From assembly GCA_020891255.1 (NCBI GenBank), contig BQFW01000002.1, positions 2,418,001 through 2,482,000 of the forward strand: DNA of 64,000 nucleotides, written 5' to 3'. Of the stretch, positions 50,419 through 60,315 are shown piece by piece. The DNA is from Entomortierella parvispora E1425. Lineage: Eukaryota; Fungi; Mortierellomycota. The first letter of the stretch is position 1; the number at the start of each line of letters is the position of its first letter. The notes beneath the pieces were generated by a model. That model saw only the letters and a program-made list of their open reading frames with translations, ran no database searches and was not told the origin of the DNA. The position numbers and the translations under genes are program-made.

Positions 50419-51239
50419 ATGCCGACTGACCAATCCTCCCACAGAACTCAAGTAAGAGCGCCTGTAGTTTTTGCAACTCGTTTACAAGATTTTTTTTCAT
50501 GTCTTGTACCTGGATTTTTTTTGTTCTGTAGCTCTGTATCGCAGTCTCTTTTATTTCAACAGGCATGCCCTCCTTTGTCGTTCTCTCTGCGCCCATTTGA
50601 TATTTTCTAGCATCCGTCCTTTGTTTGTCTCCAACTGATCTTTCCAGCTTTTCGTTCCTATCCTTTCTTCTTTTTTCTATCTCGCCTTTGATCATTTGCT
50701 GTGTCAAGACGAACTCATCCATGTTCATTTGTTCCCGATTCTATTTCCAAAGCAAGTAGATTTTCATAATGACAAAAGCTGTCGCTGCTACCTCTGTTCT
50801 GTTGGCATGGCTGATCTCTGGAGCGTTCTCTCAACAGATTGTTCGAAACACCTATGTTGACACCAGCTCCTGCGGTTTCTATGCTGGTATCAACTACCAC
50901 CTCCCCAGCGGGGAGCATCGACATTGCGGGCTCGAGATAGTGGCACAAGGAGGCAGACGGAGTGGTAGTTGAGAGATGTCAAAGACATATTTCATGGGCC
51001 AAGCGCGGCGTCCAACGCCCCATTGTGCCCAGTTCGCTAATCGACATTGCTATTCCAGCAATGTAGCAGGCTCGAGTTTCTTTTGCATGGGGCGCGTTGG
51101 GGAGCAAAACTCGGATGAGGCGGTGTCCAACATGCTCAGGGCGTGTTACTTTGACAGTTCCCTCCGTGGATCCACCAACTACAGGATCTCATGCGAGGCA
51201 GGCACCACGCCCAAGTACACAAAGTTTGACCAAGTCTAA
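50419..51239 (+). CDS. Small secreted cysteine-rich protein interrupted by an in-frame TGA at 50970-50972 (recoded gene, nonsense allele or pseudogene)
   Basis: Signal peptide MTKAVAATSVLLAWLISGAFS from 50769. An upstream ATG at 50419 joins in frame via intron 50452-50759. ORFs 50769-50972 and 50976-51239 share one frame and are separated only by TGA-GAG. Seven Cys in total. Confidence 0.6.
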
Positions 51240-51952
51240 AGAAAAAGCTTTTAGCTTGGCTAAGGAGCCAATCTAGAAATCTATCGAGGAGTTTTGAATG
51301 ACAGCAAAAGTGAGATGTCAAGTAAAACAAGGGTCAGCTGGTCAAGTTCCCATGCGATCCCAAGGCTTCCAAAAAAAAAGATTATACTCTGTGTGTTGAG
51401 CTATTCTATGCGACCTACGAAGGGTTATCACAGTCCAGGATATCCAAAGCTGCGACTAAATCTCGACATGCCCGCAAAAAGAGGATGGACGCCAAGAGCA
51501 GGCTAAAATGACGTTCCTGAAGAAATGAGTTCAGTTTGCGTACACGGTGGGCCGAGATTGAATAATTTTACCCGAGCTTGGGTCCGGTCCAAAAATCTTG
51601 CCCCACCCCACATGGCTTGGTGCGACGTTTTATTTTGCCGCCAAGAGAAAAAAAAGGGGGATCCAGTCGTCCACGAGCAAAAAGCTCACTTTGCATGCTC
51701 TCTCACGCGATATGAACGCGTTTTATTCCAATCGCTCCACAAGACGCTCAGATCTCATCCATTGCAGTTGCGGCTGTCACTTTCCTGTGCTCGGTCCGAC
51801 GGGTGGAGATGTTTGTGGGAGTTCACCCCAAGAAAGCGAGCCCAACGTCGGTCAAGAGGAGGGAGGAATGTCCACTCTCCTTTCTCATTCCCTCCTACAT
51901 TCATTCTTTTTCTTCATCCTCATTCCATTTCACCGTCATCCTCTCCATCACC

Positions 51953-53764
51953 ATGGGATACACAAAGACGTACAAGGACGGCACTACTCCGACGGTGGCC
52001 ATTATCGGCGCAGGGTAACAAATCAGCCAAACGATCCTCATGACGATGTGCTCGTCCATATTAATGATTATTTGCCCCTTTTACACGCATCGGCAGGTTC
52101 TCTGGCCTTTGTGCTGCTATTCGACTGCAGACTCAGTTAAACCTGTACACTTATACTGTCTTTGAAATGGAAACCGACATTGGCGGCACTTGGCTTGCCA
52201 ACACATACCCAGGTATATTATTAAAAAAAATCAAGTTCCTCCCCAGACGGGATCTCTGCCCTGTTACTGTTTTTTACGAGATCCGATGCTAAAGAATCAC
52301 CATGGTCTATCCTTCACTCACTCCTCTATAGGATGTGCTTGTGATGTAAAATCGCACAACTACGCGTACTCGTTCGAACCCAACTACGATTGGTCGACCT
52401 CCTACGCACCACAGCCCGAGATCTGGGCCTACTTGCGTCGGACGGCCCGCAAATACAACCTCTACGAAAAGATTCAGTTTCGAACCGAGATCACTCAGGT
52501 CATCTGGGATGAAGGCCGTCAAAAGTGGCAGTTGAGCTTTGTCAACTTGAACACTGGAGAGAAGGGTCGCATGGAGGCCGATGTTGTCTTCTCGGCCTTG
52601 GGTCCCCTTAGAATCCCTCAGATCCCCAAGGAGTTTGAAAACTTTGAGGGCCCCAAGTGGCATACTGCTCGATGGAACCATAACTATGATCTGACCAACA
52701 AACGTGTGGCTGTTGTCGGCAGCGGAGCCAGGTATGGAAGTGGATGGCAGGGGACTCAAGGCTAGAGGAGCTCTGGGCACTCTTTTGGACTGGTTGCTCA
52801 ACATATTTTCTTTTTTTGTTGTACATCAAACAGTGGTATCCAAGTCGTCCCCTCCATTGTGAAAAAAGTCAAAACTCTGGAATATTACCAGCGTACCGCT
52901 TCCTATATCGTCCCTCGCAGAAATGCCCGCTACAACGCCATTTGGAGGTGGATGTTCCGAAACGTTCCATTCTTTCACTTTATCTACTACAAGATGCTCT
53001 ATTGGTCATCTGAATACACCGTGGCGGCGTTCTCGAGCAAACTTCAGGACCGCATCCCACGCATGGTCATGGTCCTCATGGCATGGTTCTTCCGTTTCGT
53101 CCAGATTCGAAACAAGGAACTTCGAAAGAAATTGACCCCGGACTATGAGATGGGATGCCGTCGTATTGTGGTCTCGTCCAACTACTACCCTGCACTGAGT
53201 CGAAAGAATGTCAATGTTCACACCGAGGCCATCACGTCCGTTAAGGGCAACACTTTGACCTTGAGAGATGGATCCACTCAAGAGGTCGATGTTTTGATCA
53301 TGGCCACTGGATTCCATGTTCAGCAAATGTTCCCCAAGGGCTTTATGTATGGAAAGGATGGCACGGACGTGGCAGAGTTCTTGGGCGCAAGTCCAACCAC
53401 CTATTATGGAATGACCACCACCGTCACCCCGAATCTGTTCTTCTTGTTGGGACCCAACACGGGCTTGGGCCACAACTCGATCTTGTTCATGGTCGAGACC
53501 CAGGTCGAGTACGGCATCAAGGCCATTGCCTATATGATGGCTCATAATCTTTCTTCGATCCAGGTCAATCACCAGGCGGCTCAGGACTTTATTGACGAGG
53601 TGGACCACAAGATGAAGGGCATGGTCTGGTCTTCGGCTTGCAAGTCCTGGTACCAAAACTCGGAGGGCAGGGTGACGGCCTTGTGGTGGAGCAATTGCTC
53701 TCATTACTGGTGGCGATTGAGAAAGTTCCATCCCAAGCGATTTATTGCTACCCAAAAGATCTAA
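51953..53764 (+). CDS. Type I Baeyer-Villiger / flavin-containing monooxygenase, 4 exons
   Basis: VAIIGAG|FSG, GGTWLANTYP|GCACD (BVMO fingerprint), FEGPKWHTARW (FxGxxxHxxxW), VAVVGSGA|SG, and ATGF. Confidence 0.92.
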
Positions 53765-54429
53765 CGACGACCTTGTCAGGCTTGGTTGTTGACAGGCGGA
53801 CCATGAGGGCGTCTATGCCGGTTGCCCCATAGTGGCTCATAACTGAAAAAAACATATTAATACACATTCAAATAAACAATCCCTTTACATGACGACGACG
53901 CTTCTTCACTAAAAGCTCGAGGCAAACATGAATCCTAAGACAAAGAAGAACAGCCAGTCGTCACCTTCACCACTGCCGCTGCTGCACAAAAGAGCCCTTG
54001 AAGGGAAAAAAAAGTCTCCCTTCATCATCTTAATGCAAATAAACGCGCACATCAAAAATCAGTGGAGAGCCACAGGCGGTCAGAGCTTTTTTGGGCGAAG
54101 TCGCCTGTTTCGGAATGGAAGGTACTGTACATGTGCCTGTCCCTGGGATAGACATGAAGGAACGTCGCAACTTCCCGCATGTTCATTCAGTACGACGCAA
54201 TGCAATGTACCTCACCACTATCCTCATTGCGTGAGAAAATGGCTTTTCAGATTCTGCATGCGTGCGAAATGGAGCTGAACTCACATGAACATGACTTTCA
54301 TGCCACCATCGTTGTTGCTCATTGCTAGCAAAGTGCATTCCAAGAGTAGTTCATTGTTCAACTATCTGCATGTTTATTTCATTTGTCATTTCTATCTGGT
54401 GGTCTGCTCTCAGTCAACCCCAGCTCTTT

Positions 54430-55330
54430 TGATCAAAGAACTGAAGGTTGTGCAGGATGCGCCAACGAGCAGGCGGCAGACTTTTCGCATCCCAAAAATG
54501 TGCGGTAGCAACCCATCATCGCGAGGAACATCAAGGACGTGTCTTGTTCAGACGATTCATCTCCTTCATGAACTTACGAGGCTCCTTCTGGAACCGTTTG
54601 ATCGGTATCCTTCTCAGAGAACTGATCTCGCCGACAACCTTGCCACCTTATACCCGACCTTCCCCTAAGCCAAGTAGAGATCCGGCGGGCGTAGCGCCTT
54701 CATGTCAATAGTGCATGGGTCATTTGTATCATCGACCAAGGAGGGAGGATTACGTCCTTGTTCAGGTAACTCCTCTGACAATCGGCAGTGGTGGTCGGGT
54801 CCGAAGCCTCAATAATAAAGTGAGCAGCCCTTCGAGAGGAACATACTACACTGGCAACTAGTACACCGCACTCCTCTCATCAGCTCGGCTGGGATACGAG
54901 GATGCTCGTTTCAGCGCCGCTATGCAGTGGCCGTGAAAGAACTCGCCGACAATACAAACTCTTCCCTCAAGACATACCTTCTGACCGCACTAATGAAGTC
55001 CTCAGACTCCCTCATGTGAAAAAGGAATCCTCAAAAAGTCCACGATCAGCCAAACAGAGCTTCGCCCTTTCCTTTGTATTGGAGAGAAGAGAGCTCGTCC
55101 TCAAAAAAGCACAACAAAAAAGGACAAGAGCTCCCTTCAACTCGCACCGGTGAACTTCAGGTCAAAGTAGATACCCACACATCCACTTGGGCCTTGCGAC
55201 TCTCAACCAGACAAAGACTTGAGCATCACTCCAAAGATCTAAACTGGCCCCAAGTAGAAGATCACTGGGCTTGGGCATCACCCCAGAGCCGTTGACTTTC
55301 AACAAGGGACCAGCCCACACTTCCCGCCAC
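54430..55330 (-). pseudogene. Possible decayed coding sequence, family not recognised
   Basis: Protein-like fragments broken by stops and frameshifts (LDLWSDAQVFVWLRVARPKW; RESEDFISAVRRYVLREEF; GEISSLRRIPIKRFQKEPRKF). No intact ORF. Confidence 0.25.
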
Positions 55331-56313
55331 GCTCAAAGGAAGAGCTACCGACCAGAGGTTGTGACAGAGAAGAGTGTTGCCCGGGGTAGGGTAGAGAGGG
55401 GAGCGTGAAGTTACCTTTGGTGCTTCCCTGAAGGCTTTCTTGCCGAGTCTTGGAGGATGGCGGTGAACGAACCGAGTATCGCGAGAACAAGGTAAGGACA
55501 GGGTCAACGATCTCCAAGACGGAACAGACAATATGTGCAAGCAGAGAACTTAAAGTATAAGTGAAGATGGGTGGTAGGTAGTTGGGAAGTGGAAGGTGGG
55601 ATGGGTGAAGAAAGAAGGAAAAGAAGGAAAAGGAAGGAAAGGAAAAAAACGGCTTTTTATGATGACCATGCAAGCAGGGTGCAAGGGTCCAGCGCTCCTT
55701 AATCGTCAGCAACGCGTGCCAGCGCCATGCAAAGAGGCGTTGAGACAGTGGACCACTTGGCAAGGACGTCTCCATCTCACCATTCTATGATTCCTCGCAG
55801 GGGATCCGATAGTGCAGCCACTTTCTTCTCGACTGATATAGATGCATTTCTTTTTGGCTACTGTGATTGACCGTTTTTTCTTCCTCTCTGCGACTTTCTT
55901 TCCATTTGTTGTCCCAGTTTATTTTCATAGATCTCTTGAACAAGCACTCGGCGATACGTTCAAGCAATCCAGGATAGTACGCGGACACTTGAAACTTCAA
56001 ATAAATACGTCTTCTTTCATTTGTATATTTCTCTTTCTGCGTCGTCGCTGCTCGGTGTGGATGTTTGGCTCCTTCGAGAAGGCACGGGATCTTTTAGACA
56101 TCGAACACCACACAACCAGAGAGACAAAGCCCCAAACCCAATGTCGAGCCAGGCAGTGGATCCGCCGTTCAACCTTGGATCACTGGAGTCAGACGGTCAG
56201 ACCACAATTGGGGCAATGAGGGGGAGCAACGAGTGAAAGAGATGGAGAAGGCTATGAAAAAAAGAGACGCGACACGATCAGCCGACACGTGACTGACAGT
56301 CAGCGCGACGCAA

Positions 56314-57030
56314 GATGGTTGAGGAATGGTAGCGCTCCTGTTCCTCCTGCTAGCATCTCCTTTGCCTAATGTACATTTGTCCCTAGTAGTACCGGCTCCC
56401 GGCTCCCAGCTTCGGACATCTTGAGATTGTCTCTTTCCATCATCTCCATGAAGGACAGTAATCTTAATGAGCTCACCAAAAACATGTGATGGGCCGCATT
56501 CAACAATTGGAAAAAATCCAAAACGGCGGATGTATATCGCCGTACCAGAGCCAGCGTTCCGTAGTGAAAGTTTCCACAGAGGACGCTGGACCCTTTGCGG
56601 AAAATTCCATTCGTGAAGCTGCTGGCAGAGCCCAACAACTGCTGAGCAATCCTGGTAAGTATCAACTAATTCAGTACCATGAGTGTGTTTGTAACGCCAG
56701 CAGGGATATTAAATACCTTTAGAAATGTTGTATGCACGACCGCTCTTTAGAGGAGCGTGAAGCATCAGACAGAACTAGCAGGGGAAAGCGCTATCACTGC
56801 GAGTTCTTCCTCTTCTTCCTCGATCACCATCGCCTCTTAATCTTCTGGAACACCAGATAATGGGGAAGGAGGACACGCGGCTTCAGAGCACGGCGAAGTG
56901 GAACGCACAGCCCAGGACAATGATATCTCCGAGCAAGGGCGTTCAAAGCTGTCGAACAATATTTCGCATGCTGCACATACTAGCCTGCTTCCTTTCTTCG
57001 CGGCCAAGAGAATCACTTTCTAGATTCTTT
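56314..57030 (+). pseudogene. Possible decayed coding sequence, family not recognised
   Basis: Coding-like stretches with in-frame stops (ASDILRLSLSIISMKDSNLNELTKNM*WAAF; SITIAS*SSGTPDNGEGGHAASEHGEVERTAQD) and intron-like GT-AG segments. Confidence 0.25.
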
Positions 57031-57369
57031 GAGTTGTTTGGCCCTTCTTTCGTTTTTGTATAACCTGATAATCGCTGGAAAGCAGAAAAGTATTGATTTC
57101 CAGAGAGAATCAAAAAGTGATTCTCTTGGGCACACAAGAAAGGAGGGCGGCTATGATAAAAAAACAGAGATTGCTGATTTGATGTAATTGCCTGTGCATG
57201 GAACAATGGCGGAGCCTTTTTTTATCTGCGCGATAAAGCAACTAATATTAACTGTTTTTCTCCGTAGGGCATGTATTGGGGTCTTCGCGCCATTATTACC
57301 TAGTCCCCGGGTGCTGACCAGCTTCAAACACACCACGTTGGAAGAAGTGATCACCAGGAGGCCACTGGC

Positions 57370-58435
57370 CATGGATATAGCATATCCAGGGAGCAAACAC
57401 TACTCATTGCCACATGAGCTTGCCCCGAGCAAAACAGAGAATCCAACGACATCGAGACTCCCTCCAACTTCAGGCGCTGGTACCGATGATCCGACATTGC
57501 CTACGCAGGCTGCAGTGGGAACTGACGACGAGAGTGCCCTCCCTTAGAAACGGTCCAAAGATCTTGTGCCAGTCTGAACAAGATCCCATCCTCCAGTCTG
57601 ATCACAGTCCGCTCCCCATCATATCGGACTACAGTGGCCAACGTTCCGCTGATGACATTGTGTCGGGCGCTCGTGTTGGACGTGACAACGGCTTCGGCAT
57701 CGATAAAGACCAGCAATTCCGTAGCAAGCCCCGTCTCGTACTTGATTCAGTTTGAGAACGAGTCGCCGATCGCACGGCTCTTTCGAGAATTCACCGCCAT
57801 CAACTCGATCCTGTCTTCGGGTCTACTTCCTGCGTACACGGTGCTCTTTATTTGCTCCACCTATGTCCTCCTGAATCTGCTTGCAGGTCGCCCCTTGTAA
57901 CGGAACATTGTGCCTGCTTTTCAGGATCTCCTAGATATGGTTGACCTCTTCTTGTGTCTGGGGTTGTCGCTAAATGATCTGCAAAAAGGCAAAGAAAGGG
58001 TAGTCCTTGGCTTGACGATACAAAGTCGACAGGGTGAGACGTGTGAAAGAATCAAAGTAGCGAGAATAAAAGGGTCCCAGTTGAGCCAGATCAGCGAACA
58101 TGACAAACGGAAGGCTCCAGAAGGTTCCACAGCGGCCTGTTGGATGTCGACACGACCGAGATCCCCAAGACATTGACTGATCTGATCCAGCATCTCTCTC
58201 GAGACCATCGAGCCCTCATCGACCACAAAAAAGGGCTTTCTCCTTGGGCCCTGATCCTCAAAAGGCTCCATTCGGTCTGGAACAGATTCGGGATAAAGGC
58301 CTCCACATCCCCAGACTGACCAGTAGGACAGGCCCCCGCAACGCCGAAAAAGTGATTGCAGCGTCAATCCCCCGACATTAAACGCAGCGATCACGGACGC
58401 ATGACATTCTGGACTATAATCTTTAGATTTTAATA
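57370..58435 (-). pseudogene. Decayed PIF1-family (SF1B) DNA helicase, 5'-truncated (no Walker A), possibly transposon-derived
   Basis: Motifs appear in the correct order: ASVIAAFNVGGLTLQSLF (Ia/Ib), FVVDEGSMVS (II), EP-G-[frameshift]-LPFVMFADLAQL (III), LYRQAKDYPFFAFL (IV), AEAVVTSNTSARHNVISGTLATV, RQFPLQPA*AMSDHRYQ (V) and SLFCSGQAHVAMSSV (VI). There are at least 5 in-frame stops and 1 frameshift. Confidence 0.85.
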
Positions 58436-60027
58436 TCACTGAAGAACGGTAGGGTCTGCCCAGTCTGGCATATCTACTTCAAACTTCCAGTCAGGACCTT
58501 GATAGCGGATAGCTCTCAGCCAGATCTTCATAGCTTTTGGGTCGGGTATATTCTTTTTGTCCTGCTCCTCTTTGCATTTGTGACAGGGTGTCTCTGGACT
58601 AATGTAGTATGGCATGTAGGGTTGTTTCTCAGGTGGGATGTGTGTAGGATAAAACCTAGTGTCGCCAGTACTTGTCAACTCATCTTGTTGATTCGATATC
58701 TCTCGTTGATAGTCCGGGTTGTATAGTTTGTCATTGACGATTGGGTGTTTCAAAAACGCGGTATGCAGTCGAATCTGATGTTGTCGTCCTGTCGCGAGAT
58801 GACCTATATAAAATACGAATCGGACAACATTTCTCGATCAGCACTGGGCCGTCGATGTCTTGAAAGATCTGCTCAAGGAATGAAAACAAAAAAAAAAAAA
58901 AACATTCTTACAGCGAACAAGACTAGAGTTCGACGCGGGGTCAAACCAGACGCGTTCAAATCGGGTTTCGGACGCCTTTCCCGTAGCATCCACGCTCACT
59001 TTTCCTGCAGTTTGCAAGATTGGCTCTTTGACTATCACAGGGTCCACTGGAAACTCTCCCACAACCCTGCAGACATATTCCTTGCGAACAATCTTTGGAT
59101 GGGAAGACTCCTCGCTGGTTCCCTCCGGTACTTCCTCTTGCTGCCGAAATCGTTCGCGTATTACAGGATCGGCGACATTAGCAAATATGACCACTCCAGA
59201 GGTAACCGCGTCCAGTCTATTGATCGCTAAAGAGATTAAAAAAAAAAGAGTTATAAAATGGTTCATTCGTCGAGTGTAAGAGCAATCCGTGATCTTGTTG
59301 CTTGTCTCGCCTACCATGCATGTAGCTTGGGATGTCATGGTCCCTGCGGAGGATCTCCAGAGCCGTGTTATGAAACATGAGCTCGTTGGGGTGAACGGTG
59401 ATGCCATGTGGTTTATCGAAAGCCACATAGTCTTTTGTACTCTCGATCAGCCTGATTGGCGTGTCTGGAACTGCTGGTTCTGTGTTGACGAAATTCAGAC
59501 TATATCAATTTTCCTGTTTGAGAATGACGATCCATTGTCTCTTCCAGAATCCCTTACCATGACGATGACAGTTCATAGATCGAAGCCGTTCTCCGCCCTT
59601 GAGTATAAAGTCCGGTGATACAATCTTGTCGTTCACAAGAACGTCACCTCTTTCCATGGCTGCGATCTAACGAGGAGAGTTTTACAGGATTAATTGGAAT
59701 TAAAAACAATTTGAATTGTTCGACCATAACTCTTACAATCATGGGCCCAGTACACCGCCGAGGCATCTCTGAGGCAAAGACTTCAGGGATTGTACGACCG
59801 ATCCAGCGTTGCTTGACATTGGCATAGAAGGACTGGTTGTAGGGTTTGACCTTGCGGAGACCGTCTTCGAAAAAGTACTCTGCCTTGGGAATGTCCATGC
59901 TTGCTGCGGGCACCTTCTTTCCCGCGCGCTGCGTTGAGACCTTTGGCATGACTGAGAGTGACCGACTGGGAGCGAGTGCTGCTTTGTGGCTGCGTACAAG
60001 GAGAGACGGGATGGAACGCAGGGCCAT
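58436..60027 (-). CDS. RluA-family pseudouridine synthase (Pus8/Pus9/RPUSD2-like) with an S4-like domain and probable mitochondrial presequence, 5 exons
   Basis: YFFEDGLRKVKPY, DKPHGITVHP, catalytic NRLDAVTSG, C|HLATGRQHQIRLH...HPIVNDKLY and IWLRAIRYQGPDWKFEVDMPDWA. Confidence 0.9.
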
Positions 60028-60315
60028 GGAGTGCATGCATCCATGCATTCGTTCGTTTTGGGTTGAAGTTGAACTCGAGGGAGCTTTTTTTGCTTTCGGT
60101 GGTGGCGCATTGACAGCAGTCACACGCAACTGGACCTGCGTTGCCACCAAAAGAAAAGACAAGCGCGTCCTGGATTGCATCCATGCCACGCCCATTCATT
60201 ATTATTGTTGTCCATCCACTCTTCTTTCTCTCTTCTCCCTCGGCTGTCCATCCACTTGATCAGTTCCCTTCTTACTGGCACCTCCTCCCCTCTTCCTTCC
60301 TCCTCATTCCAGGCA

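Noticed and set aside
50354-50728. 124-aa antisense ORF that looks coiled-coil and ends in CESCQSCKC
   Set aside because: It is the reverse complement of a pyrimidine-rich intron and a gcaact-repeat leader, which explains the K/E/R and Cys content. A few ORFs of this length are expected by chance in the window.
51240-51560. SECIS element for the in-frame UGA (candidates atgacagcaaaa near 51298 and atgacgttcctgaagaaa near 51508)
   Set aside because: The first has the wrong ATGA-to-AA spacing. The second has the right spacing but only a 5-bp stem and no 3' GA for the kink-turn quartet.
54605-54677. Possible U12-type intron (GTATCCTT donor, ttcccctaag branch-like site)
   Set aside because: No credible host reading frame on either side, and about two such 8-mers are expected by chance on both strands of 64 kb. 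All introns in real genes here look U2-type.
54000-57400. Helitron 3' terminus (hairpin plus CTRR) downstream of the PIF1 relic
   Set aside because: None of the CTAG sites checked has a suitable 16-20-nt palindrome at the right distance, and no Rep/HUH motifs are seen, so I did not call a Helitron.
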